Shown here: positions 16,709-25,011 of the stretch, piece after piece
Layout: each line of letters opens with the position of its first letter
Position numbering within the stretch: the stretch's first letter is position 1
IMG/VR virus record: IMGVR_UViG_3300001687_000015
Location: 3,403 to 67,402 of that record
Source: a virus
Taxonomy: Duplodnaviria > Caudoviricetes
DNA length: 64,000 nucleotides
Reading direction: 5' to 3' (one strand)
The notes under the pieces: generated by a model
Databases searched by the model: none
Told to the model about the DNA's origin: nothing
The model's input: only the letters and a program-made list of their open reading frames with translations
Position numbers and translations under genes: made by a program

Positions 16709-17446
16709 ATGGGCTTTCCCATGAAACGAACCGGATTCGCACAGCCCCTGCTGGCTGAATCCGCAACCGCGAAGGAAATGCTTGGCACTCTCAGGATCAC
16801 CAGAGATGGGCGCAAGTTCCGGTACGCAAAGGCCAGCACTTCGGCACTCTCTGCTGGCAAGGCCAATATCGTGGCTGCATTCGCAGCGGAGGTGATGAAT
16901 GAAGCCTGTGCAAACGCCCATGACATCGGTGACCAGATCATCGAGGAAACCATCACCGCTGGCGTAGCTCATGCCGAGAACAAGTTTCGGGGTGGTTACT
17001 TCGCCATCAACGATGCCACTGGTGAAGGCCACCAGTACCTGATTACCAGTTCTTCGGCTGTCACTGCCGCTGGCACCGCCATCTTCCTGGGCCTCGCAGA
17101 TCCCATCAGGGTTGCCCTGGAGGCTGCAACATCAGAGTTCACCATCGTTCCCAACCCCCAGTGGGGAGTTGCGGAATCTGCAGTCGAGGAAAACATGATG
17201 GCTGGCGTTGCTCCCATCGCCGTCACTGCCAACTATTACTTCTGGAATCAAACAGGTGGCCCAGCCACCGTCCTGGTTACAGGAACTCCGGCGGTTGGCA
17301 CGGTGATGACTCTGGGCGGCACCGCTGGGGCCATGGCTGGCATCCAGACTCCGCTCGATGTCGATATCGCGCAGTCTTACGGAGTGCTTTTTGGCACCGT
17401 GGCTGTATCCGGTGAGTACAAGCAAGTTTTCCTGACCATTGACTAA
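16709..17446 (+). CDS. putative capsid decoration/cement protein
   Basis: Ala/Gly/Thr-rich; LGT...DGRKFRYAKA N-terminal pattern; position after the capsid gene. Confidence 0.55.
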   Translation: MGFPMKRTGFAQPLLAESATAKEMLGTLRITRDGRKFRYAKASTSALSAGKANIVAAFAAEVMNEACANAHDIGDQIIEETITAGVAHAENKFRGGYFAINDATGEGHQYLITSSSAVTAAGTAIFLGLADPIRVALEAATSEFTIVPNPQWGVAESAVEENMMAGVAPIAVTANYYFWNQTGGPATVLVTGTPAVGTVMTLGGTAGAMAGIQTPLDVDIAQSYGVLFGTVAVSGEYKQVFLTID

Positions 17447-17461
17447 GGCATCCCGCCAATC

Positions 17462-17501
17462 CAGTGGGGAGGTAGTCGCCTGGGTTCTCTACCCCCCACT
17501 G
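17462..17501. promoter_or_regulatory. intergenic hairpin without U-tract
   Basis: cagtgggg-a-ggtag pairs with ctacc-ccccactg. Confidence 0.4.
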
Positions 17502-17529
17502 TCCACCCTTTAGACGAGAGGTACAGAAC

Positions 17530-17793
17530 ATGGCTTTTTCAAGCGCGATTACCCATAAGACAGTCTTTGGCAACAAACGCATCCATCATGGCACATTCAG
17601 TTGTGCCAGTGTGGCTGGCGGCGACATCAATACCGGACTGCGGCAGTGCGACTTCATTCATCTGCAGGGGAAATCCTCTGCAGTGATAACGAATGCACCT
17701 GCGGTCAACGAATCCCTGCCGGTAGCTGGCAGTGCAGTTACCATCGTGACCGACTCTGGAATGACAGGTTACTGGTGGGCGCAAGGGTATTAG
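17530..17793 (+). CDS. small virion structural protein
   Basis: SD gagagg; Ser/Thr/Gly/Ala-rich beta composition. Confidence 0.6.
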   Translation: MAFSSAITHKTVFGNKRIHHGTFSCASVAGGDINTGLRQCDFIHLQGKSSAVITNAPAVNESLPVAGSAVTIVTDSGMTGYWWAQGY

Positions 17794-17796
17794 TCC

Positions 17797-18513
17797 ATGG
17801 CAACCGATCTTGATGCCACCGTAAGTTTCCCCGAATGTTATGCCGAAGTCCTGCCCCATCTGGACGTAGCGCAGACTCTTGCTGAAAAGGTAGCTCAGAA
17901 GATCGATGACCGCTCATACACCTACGACACCATTCTGGACAAACTGAATACTGGGCTGAGATGGATTGCTGGAAAGTACATGCTGCCGGATCTGGAAACC
18001 TTTGAAGATGTCCAGACTGACCCTGGAGTCAGCCATATTCCCCTGCCGCGAAACTACCAAAAGAAGCTGAGGTGGGCGCACAACGTCACGCACAATCGGG
18101 AAGTAAGCGTCTTTCCCTCGACTGTGCAGCTTTACAGGTGGTTTTCCGTACTGGATCAAACCGGCAGGATTTTTGGCATAGCAGTCAAAGGGAGGGATCT
18201 CTACTACCAGAAGATCCCCTCTGCAGCAGAAACCCTTCGCCTGAACTACTGGCGATATCCAGAGCGCATCGATGTGCGCACCGAGAAAGTGGAATGCCTA
18301 CCGGAACACCTCGTGGAGTCCTTACTCGTAAGCTACGTCTGCCGAGAAATCTTCAGTGAAATCGAGGACGGCCTGGAGGAGGAAAAGGTGAACACCAAGC
18401 ATTACGCTGTCCTGTTTACCGCCGCGCTCTCTGAACTGGAAGCCTTTCTAGGGCCAGAGAAACGCATTCCGGTGGATATCCAAACTGAAATCGATTGGGA
18501 GGCGTACCTGTAG
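17797..18513 (+). CDS. putative head-tail adaptor/connector protein
   Basis: Position after head genes; N-terminal helix pair (YDTILDKLNTGL), beta insert, C-terminal helices. Confidence 0.55.
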   Translation: MATDLDATVSFPECYAEVLPHLDVAQTLAEKVAQKIDDRSYTYDTILDKLNTGLRWIAGKYMLPDLETFEDVQTDPGVSHIPLPRNYQKKLRWAHNVTHNREVSVFPSTVQLYRWFSVLDQTGRIFGIAVKGRDLYYQKIPSAAETLRLNYWRYPERIDVRTEKVECLPEHLVESLLVSYVCREIFSEIEDGLEEEKVNTKHYAVLFTAALSELEAFLGPEKRIPVDIQTEIDWEAYL

Positions 18514-19421
18514 TGGCTGAACCTGTCCTCATGTTCTCAGGTTCAAGTGGCCTGAATGTCAAAGTAGATCCCGCACGGCTTGCCTATGATCCAAAGAGCG
18601 GTGTGCAGGATCTGGCCGTGGCCTACAACGTAGACCATGATCAGACAGGCCGCGTAAGCCGCCGGAAGGGCTATGCCGCGACCATCAGAACTGAAAGCAC
18701 CCACTCTCTCTTTTGCCAAGACGGCCCCTGCCTGTTCGTACAGGACGATAAGCTGTACTTGTTGAATGCCGATTTCACCAAGACAGAACTCACTACGGTG
18801 ACCGCTGGCGCAAAGATGAGATACTGCGAGGTTGCTGACCGGCTCTACTACGCCAATGGGACTGAGATTGGCTATGTAAAAGATGGCGCTGCCAATGCCT
18901 GGACAGTCGGCACCTACTACGGCCCTGAGACAACCAGGACACTCACCGGCCCACCCATCGGAACTCGTGTGGCCAGCCACAACGCCTACATGTACGTCAT
19001 TCAAGGCTCAATCGCATGGCACTCTGAACCCTTCGGGCCGGATCTGTGGGATCTCGCCCGAAGTTTTCTTCCCTTCGCTACCCAGATCCGCATGTTCTAC
19101 CCCCTGGTGGGAGGCATCTTTGTCTCCACCGAAAGAGCTACCTATTGGCTGCAGGGAGATGTTCCACAGGAGATGAGGAGGAGGACTGTGGCAACGTATC
19201 CTGCCATCGAGGACACCGAGGCTCCGGTGGATCTCAGCAAGATCACTACCGGAGAGATGCAGGGTGTGGGGGTAATGTGGACGGCAGCAGAAGGGATTTG
19301 CCTGGGCTTGCCAACCGGCGAGATGCTCAATCTCACCCAGCGCAAGCTCGTTTACCCTTCATCACTTCGGGGTGCGGCTCTCACCCTGGATGACAGATAC
19401 ATTGCTGTGCTTGAACCATAG
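18513..19421 (+). CDS. putative tail nozzle/stabilisation protein (propeller part)
   Basis: TAGTG overlap; FSGSSGLN...AYNVD...GRVSRRKGY N-terminus and repeated short beta strands as in P22 gp10/T7 gp12-type proteins. Confidence 0.55.
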   Translation: MAEPVLMFSGSSGLNVKVDPARLAYDPKSGVQDLAVAYNVDHDQTGRVSRRKGYAATIRTESTHSLFCQDGPCLFVQDDKLYLLNADFTKTELTTVTAGAKMRYCEVADRLYYANGTEIGYVKDGAANAWTVGTYYGPETTRTLTGPPIGTRVASHNAYMYVIQGSIAWHSEPFGPDLWDLARSFLPFATQIRMFYPLVGGIFVSTERATYWLQGDVPQEMRRRTVATYPAIEDTEAPVDLSKITTGEMQGVGVMWTAAEGICLGLPTGEMLNLTQRKLVYPSSLRGAALTLDDRYIAVLEP

Positions 19422-19436
19422 TCGGAGGTGCAACGA

Positions 19437-20339
19437 ATGCCAAATAGCAAGATCCTTTACCTGGAGGCCACGAAAAGGGATTTCTACAACCCTTTCATGC
19501 AACACAACCCTAACTATCACTACCGTGATGCCGATGGCAAACTTGACCACATTCGTAGACCGCATCCCGATCCACCCTGGTTCTACACCAAGACGATTCC
19601 GCTTCAAAATTGTCACTTCTATCATAAGGTCTTGTTTACCATCCTGTATCAGCAGCAGAAAGTGCCTGTGAACTGCCAGAAGTACTGCATAAAGACCGTA
19701 GTGGCCCCCAGGAACCTGGAGGAGGTGGTCTGGACATATCTGCTGCAGCGACAGCTTGACCTTGCCAGTAAGGTCGGCAGCGAGGTGAATCGCGAAAATT
19801 CCAATAAGTTGTGGGGCGCATACTGGTACTCGCGCACCTGGGAGGCTGGCCATGAGAGGTACAAGCAAATCAAGGCCATCTACGACAGAGCGGAGCCACA
19901 GCGAGGAATCATCCTGGGCTGTCCGGTAGAAGTCAACTTACTGGGGAAGGAGGAGGCGAAAGAGCTAGGCTTTCCTGAAGAAGTGCCGATCATACTCAAG
20001 AGGGCTTGCACCGAATTTGAACAGCATTGCGGCCCTTCAAGTAAATGGACTTGGGATGAGGAACAGGAAGAGAAGGAAAAACTTGCCCTGGATGCCTTTG
20101 TCTCTGATCAGCAAAGCTTCACCCAGAACGATTACCAGCGCGGCACTCTCTTTAGCAGGTGGATACATGAGGCTTATCGCGTGGGTGACGAGAGCTACAA
20201 AAAGTTCACCAACGGCAATGATCTCTTTGCCGTCTGTGAAACGTATCATGATCGGCCCGAATGGAGGCCGGAATTCCCTGACTTTACCAAACTGGAACCA
20301 GAGAAGGAGGTGAACGGAAATGGCGAAGAACGTCCATGA
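19437..20339 (+). CDS. hypothetical enzyme-like protein in tail operon
   Basis: GGAGG 19424-19428 then ATG 19437; polar globular composition with Cys/His motifs (NCHFYH, NCQKYC, KRACTEFE). Confidence 0.7.
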   Translation: MPNSKILYLEATKRDFYNPFMQHNPNYHYRDADGKLDHIRRPHPDPPWFYTKTIPLQNCHFYHKVLFTILYQQQKVPVNCQKYCIKTVVAPRNLEEVVWTYLLQRQLDLASKVGSEVNRENSNKLWGAYWYSRTWEAGHERYKQIKAIYDRAEPQRGIILGCPVEVNLLGKEEAKELGFPEEVPIILKRACTEFEQHCGPSSKWTWDEEQEEKEKLALDAFVSDQQSFTQNDYQRGTLFSRWIHEAYRVGDESYKKFTNGNDLFAVCETYHDRPEWRPEFPDFTKLEPEKEVNGNGEERP

Positions 20340-20745
20340 CAATGTTTTGGATCAGGCTTTGAATTACATCAAGAACAATGCAAACAAGCTCTTTGTGTTG
20401 ACCTCAGAGCCTGCAAACACGGCATCTGGCTACACCAACATGACCAAAGACAAGGACTCCTCCGGCTATCGGCTGGCTGATTCCAGTGTTATTTCGGCCT
20501 CCGATTTCAGTGGCCCTGTCAACGGTGCAAGTGGTCGGAAGCTGACCGTGAAAGCGCAGTCCTCGATGAGCATCGATGGCATTGCCTCAAGTGCAAATGC
20601 TACCCATGTCACCCTTGGGAAGACATCATCTAGTGCATCGTCACAACTTGTGCTATACACAACAACCTGTACGAGCCAAAATCTCACCGGCGGCAATAAG
20701 GTTAATACTCCCGCCTGGGATATCCAGATCAACGACCCCTCTTAG
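20320..20745 (+). CDS. virion structural protein (tail/fibre-associated)
   Basis: MAKNVHDNVLDQAL...SGRKLTV...YTTTCTSQNL...PAWDIQINDP pattern; Ser/Thr-rich; precedes the fibre genes. Confidence 0.65.
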   Translation: MAKNVHDNVLDQALNYIKNNANKLFVLTSEPANTASGYTNMTKDKDSSGYRLADSSVISASDFSGPVNGASGRKLTVKAQSSMSIDGIASSANATHVTLGKTSSSASSQLVLYTTTCTSQNLTGGNKVNTPAWDIQINDPS

Positions 20746-20872
20746 TCAATGATTCTGGATACTTAGAAAGGGCCGGCGTTTTTGGCAAACAGCAACAATC
20801 GAGGCCGCACCAGCGTGATATTGGCAATCTACATGTTGTACTAGCTAAAGCTCGTGCTATGCACAACACCTG

Positions 20873-20907
20873 GGGCAAGGGGTCACGGTGCGGCCTTGCC
20901 CCTTTTT
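20873..20907 (+). terminator. intrinsic terminator upstream of large fibre gene, with competing antiterminator pairing
   Basis: ggggcaagg/ccttgcccc 9-bp stem then T5; 20887-20896 is also complementary to 20792-20801. Confidence 0.55.
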
Positions 20908-20944
20908 CATAGCCTATGACTCTTACCGTTGCAAATAGAACATT

Positions 20945-23900
20945 ATGAGAATAGTCCTCGATCCATCTGATTGCTTTCACCACCACGATGGGTCGAAGCT
21001 TGCCTTGTTGGAGTCCGATGCAACTGCGGATTCTGTCCTGGCCGTATCCGAATGCGTCCACTACCTCTCCGATGATCTCACCGATGTACATGTTTTTAAA
21101 TGGACTGATTTCAGTGAGTACACCACAGGAGTCCAGCCCAGTGATTGGACGGAGAAACTTCGTACCACTTCAGGAACCGCGATAGTTCGTGCCGATGGAG
21201 TCCTTGGAGGCAAATGCCTGGAGATAGATGTTATTGCCAACAGGTATTTTGCAGCCTGGGATGATTTCGGGGATTCCCTTGCCGATGTTGAAGTTTTGGC
21301 CAAAGCAAGGGTGGCTCCCACCGGCTACGACCATACCCCTCGCATTGCCGTAAGAGGTGGCGGTTCCGATGGCAATGAGCAAGTAGCCTGGGGCGGTTTC
21401 CAGACAGAGCAGGATCAGGTTGTTTGTTGGAAATACACGCCAACGTCACAGGCAGTTGGGGATGCAGGAGAGCCAGCATACACTTGCGCTGTAAATGAGT
21501 GGCACTGGCTAAGGGTTCGTGTCCGAGGAACACAGTATAAAGTCAAAGTTTGGCCTGATGGTACGAATGAGCCAGATACTTGGCAGATTTTCACAACGGA
21601 CACAAGCTTTACCAGTGGGTGGGTCGGGGTTGGCGGTTACGGTAATAATGCCGATATTGATTGGTTTGGGGTAGCCACTGGGGGGGCGAGTGTCCCTTCG
21701 CCAAACCTCGTTGTGCAATCTGCTTACCACGTTCTTGTCGATGATGGCCCCTATTTCATGCCCCTTGATGTGGCTGATTGCTACCATGAACACACCGCCT
21801 CTCATGTAGATAGAGTAGGAACTCGCTGGACTGATTTTTCCCCTGCAACTAGGGGGAGCTGGTCAGAGTATTGGGATAGTGCTTTTGGCGACTATGGTTA
21901 TGACACGACAAATTCGCCTCAGTGGGCAAACATCGCACTTTATGCCTACAGCGTACTAAACCATAAATATTCTGTTCGCTGGGATACGGAAGGGGATGAA
22001 GCAAGAAATGTAGAGTTCCTGGCTAGAGTTTGTTACGAGGGTGGTGGAGAGCATGGTTGTCGGCTTTATGCGAGGATGTCGGGAACGAATGCCTATTATG
22101 CACAGATCAGTACAACGGAAAATCTGCTTAAAGTCGGCAAGGGCACCTCTTTCACTCTCATAGACAGCCACAGCCATACGATTAGTGTAAACACTTGGTA
22201 TTGGGTAAGATTCAGGGTTGAGAACTCAAGCCTGAAAGCAAAAATTTGGAACGATGGCGCAGCGGAGCCAGCTACCTGGGACATTGAGGCTACTGACACA
22301 GACATTTTGGAAGAAGGCTATGTCGGTTTCGGATGCCTTGAAAGCACTACTGACGCTTCTCAATGTGACTACCTCTCCATTGCGTTAGGTGGACTCACTG
22401 CGCCTTATGTGGTCAATCCTGGCCCTGCCGATCAGAAAGACTACTGCGACCACGTTGTTACCCCTACGAATCTGACGCTTGTTCAGACAGGGGCTGTCGA
22501 TTTGGTAATGACCGATGGGGGCGCACAGCATGTTCATACTGCAGAAAATGTCATCATTGACCCTGCCTGGGTGTATCCGAATGATGCCAGCCATGTGGTA
22601 ACTGGCATAGATCCGCTGTGGTGGGTCAACGATTGCGCTCATCTCCACTCTGCCGAGAACATCTACATCGGGATCGTCTACCCCGAAGACTGCTCCCATG
22701 CCCACAGTGCCACTGGGGATCTCGTCCTGGTGCAGACCGGAACCATCACCCTGGTGATGCAGGACTCCTCCCATGTAACTACATCAGATAATGTAGTTAT
22801 TGACCCTGCCTGGGTGTACCCCAACGATATATCCCATGTAGTAACTGGCAGAGATCCCCTGTGGTGGATCAGTGACTCCTCCCATGCAATCTCCTCCACC
22901 ACCCCGACCCTGACCCAGGTGTACATTCTCGCGCCAGATGACTCCAGCCATGATGTGTTCTCAAATAACATTACTATCATATGGCCTGAGATCCTCCAGC
23001 CTAATGACAGCTTTCTCCAGCCCTGGTCACCAGAAATTTATGTCCAGACAGATGCGGTCACGCTGAACTGGGGCCACGACACTGGGTCGGTTGCCGAACA
23101 CAATGGGGCTGGGCTTGCCTGTGACTGCGCTTTCGGGATAACCCCCAATCTGAGTGGCAAGATTCTCTACATCACTGCGATCTGGGTTTTTGAGTGGGTC
23201 GGGGGAACTCCTGATCCCACTGGCACGAGGCTGGCAATCTACCAGGGAGACATGGGAGAGACTGCGCCAGATCCGGCCAGCCCAGAAGGCTATGATCTCA
23301 TTAAGGATCTGGGGCAACTCAGCCCATCGCTTGTGGCAGGGTACACTGAGAGAACCTGCACCAAGACCTTCGTGAGGAAAAACGCCCCAACGTGGCTGGC
23401 CATGAAGCACAGCAGTGATGACAACTGGAGAATGGGTTGGGATTATGCTTCCCCTGGCCCAGGAGACTTTTTGCAGGGGATGTGGGTAAGTATTGACGGC
23501 CCTACAAAAGATAAAGGTGTACCGTGGCCAGATCCCTGGCCTTCAGAAAATGGCAGCTTGAGTGACTACAGTTGGATGGGCATCTATGCTGAGTTCAGCG
23601 TGGAGTCTGTGGATCAGTTAATCGTAAACCACTCATTCCATGGCACCGAGAGTGGAGAGCCGCTGCCGAAGGAATTGCTTGTCCCTGGAGATTGTATCCA
23701 TCTCCATACGGCTGCAAATGTCATTATCGATCCGGCCTGGGCAAATACCCAGAATTGTGTCCACCTCCATCAGGTACTGGACAATAACATCTGGTGGCTC
23801 GATGGCTGCAGCCACGTTCTCACAGATGACGGCCCTCTCAGGTTCCCCCTGCCTGTCAATGGGGCAACTCACGTTCTCACATCGCCAGAGGTTTCACTCA

Positions 23901-24697
23901 CTGTACATCTGGTGGTTGCAGCCAGTAGCCATGTAACCACCACCGCAGCCTTCGTGCTTACCCAGAGGCATACGCTCTCTCCAGAGAATAGCGCCCATGT
24001 CATGACAGACAATGCCCCGATCACCCTGACCGAATGGGAGCTATTGAGAGTCAACGACTCCAGCCATGTCCTCACAGGTCAGGTGGATGTGACCCAGTTG
24101 CATATCCTGGGCCTGGATGACTGTATCCACATTCATGCCCCTCCCAATGTGGCTATCACTCAGGATCATGCCCTGACCATCCAGAATTCCTCTCACGCTT
24201 GCGTTAGTTCTGACCCATCCCTGACTCAAGACCATACCCTGATCGTGGCTTCAGCGGCCTCTCTGCACCTCGTGGATGCACTTTATCTCCGTATTCCACT
24301 CCTGGTTTCAGATTGCAGCCACATAACGACCACAGGAGCCGTTGCCCTCACCCAGGAGCATACCCTCGCGATAGCTGGCGACACCCTTGCCCATACCGTT
24401 CCCAACGTGGCCATGATTGTGCCGATCACCCTTGAGGATTGCGTACATGCAGTCACCTCCGACTCCAATATCCTCCTCACCGCACTCCACATTCTCGCGG
24501 TGGTCGGCATCACTCATGCCCATGTTGTAACCGGATTGCTGACCCTGTTTCAACTCCACTTCTTGGAAGTTGCCGGAACTGGGAGAAATACCGATTACAA
24601 CGAGTTCATCGTTCTCTCTGATGAGATCGATTTTGGATACCTCCCTGCGGATCTGGGAGGGGCGACTTTAACTATCGTCAAGTGGGTGAACCCATAA
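20945..24697 (+). CDS. large His-repeat fibre/spike protein with lectin-like beta-sandwich domains
   Basis: About 25-30 D[CS]xH(xH) units; two Trp-rich ConA/LamG-like domains ending GWVGVG/GYVGFG. Confidence 0.7.
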   Translation: MRIVLDPSDCFHHHDGSKLALLESDATADSVLAVSECVHYLSDDLTDVHVFKWTDFSEYTTGVQPSDWTEKLRTTSGTAIVRADGVLGGKCLEIDVIANRYFAAWDDFGDSLADVEVLAKARVAPTGYDHTPRIAVRGGGSDGNEQVAWGGFQTEQDQVVCWKYTPTSQAVGDAGEPAYTCAVNEWHWLRVRVRGTQYKVKVWPDGTNEPDTWQIFTTDTSFTSGWVGVGGYGNNADIDWFGVATGGASVPSPNLVVQSAYHVLVDDGPYFMPLDVADCYHEHTASHVDRVGTRWTDFSPATRGSWSEYWDSAFGDYGYDTTNSPQWANIALYAYSVLNHKYSVRWDTEGDEARNVEFLARVCYEGGGEHGCRLYARMSGTNAYYAQISTTENLLKVGKGTSFTLIDSHSHTISVNTWYWVRFRVENSSLKAKIWNDGAAEPATWDIEATDTDILEEGYVGFGCLESTTDASQCDYLSIALGGLTAPYVVNPGPADQKDYCDHVVTPTNLTLVQTGAVDLVMTDGGAQHVHTAENVIIDPAWVYPNDASHVVTGIDPLWWVNDCAHLHSAENIYIGIVYPEDCSHAHSATGDLVLVQTGTITLVMQDSSHVTTSDNVVIDPAWVYPNDISHVVTGRDPLWWISDSSHAISSTTPTLTQVYILAPDDSSHDVFSNNITIIWPEILQPNDSFLQPWSPEIYVQTDAVTLNWGHDTGSVAEHNGAGLACDCAFGITPNLSGKILYITAIWVFEWVGGTPDPTGTRLAIYQGDMGETAPDPASPEGYDLIKDLGQLSPSLVAGYTERTCTKTFVRKNAPTWLAMKHSSDDNWRMGWDYASPGPGDFLQGMWVSIDGPTKDKGVPWPDPWPSENGSLSDYSWMGIYAEFSVESVDQLIVNHSFHGTESGEPLPKELLVPGDCIHLHTAANVIIDPAWANTQNCVHLHQVLDNNIWWLDGCSHVLTDDGPLRFPLPVNGATHVLTSPEVSLTVHLVVAASSHVTTTAAFVLTQRHTLSPENSAHVMTDNAPITLTEWELLRVNDSSHVLTGQVDVTQLHILGLDDCIHIHAPPNVAITQDHALTIQNSSHACVSSDPSLTQDHTLIVASAASLHLVDALYLRIPLLVSDCSHITTTGAVALTQEHTLAIAGDTLAHTVPNVAMIVPITLEDCVHAVTSDSNILLTALHILAVVGITHAHVVTGLLTLFQLHFLEVAGTGRNTDYNEFIVLSDEIDFGYLPADLGGATLTIVKWVNP

Positions 24698-25011
24698 TGG
24701 AACCTAAATATGTTTTTGAAGGATTCAAGATGCTTGGCATGAGAGATCACCTGGGCCAATGGTGGAAGGTGGTTCAAGACTGTATGCGTTGTGGTCAATG
24801 CTGTATGGATCAGCCCCCAAACTGGCACTTTGCCCAAGATGAGCATCTTGGTGGCTGCAAGTATCTGGCCGAGGAAGATGATGAATCTGGCTATCGATGC
24901 TTGCTTGGGGCGTATCGTCCCTTCGGTTGTTGTGGGAACAGTCCGTTTTCGGCTTTGGATTATTGTTCTGTAAAACTCGAGAAAATCAATGACCCAAGTA
25001 TCTTGTTGTAA
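24697..25011 (+). CDS. CxxCxxCC (YkgJ/FliB-type) cysteine-cluster protein, paralog 3
   Basis: TAATG overlap; CMRCGQCC...CKYL...C...RPFGCCGNSP...CSV. Confidence 0.75.
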   Translation: MEPKYVFEGFKMLGMRDHLGQWWKVVQDCMRCGQCCMDQPPNWHFAQDEHLGGCKYLAEEDDESGYRCLLGAYRPFGCCGNSPFSALDYCSVKLEKINDPSILL

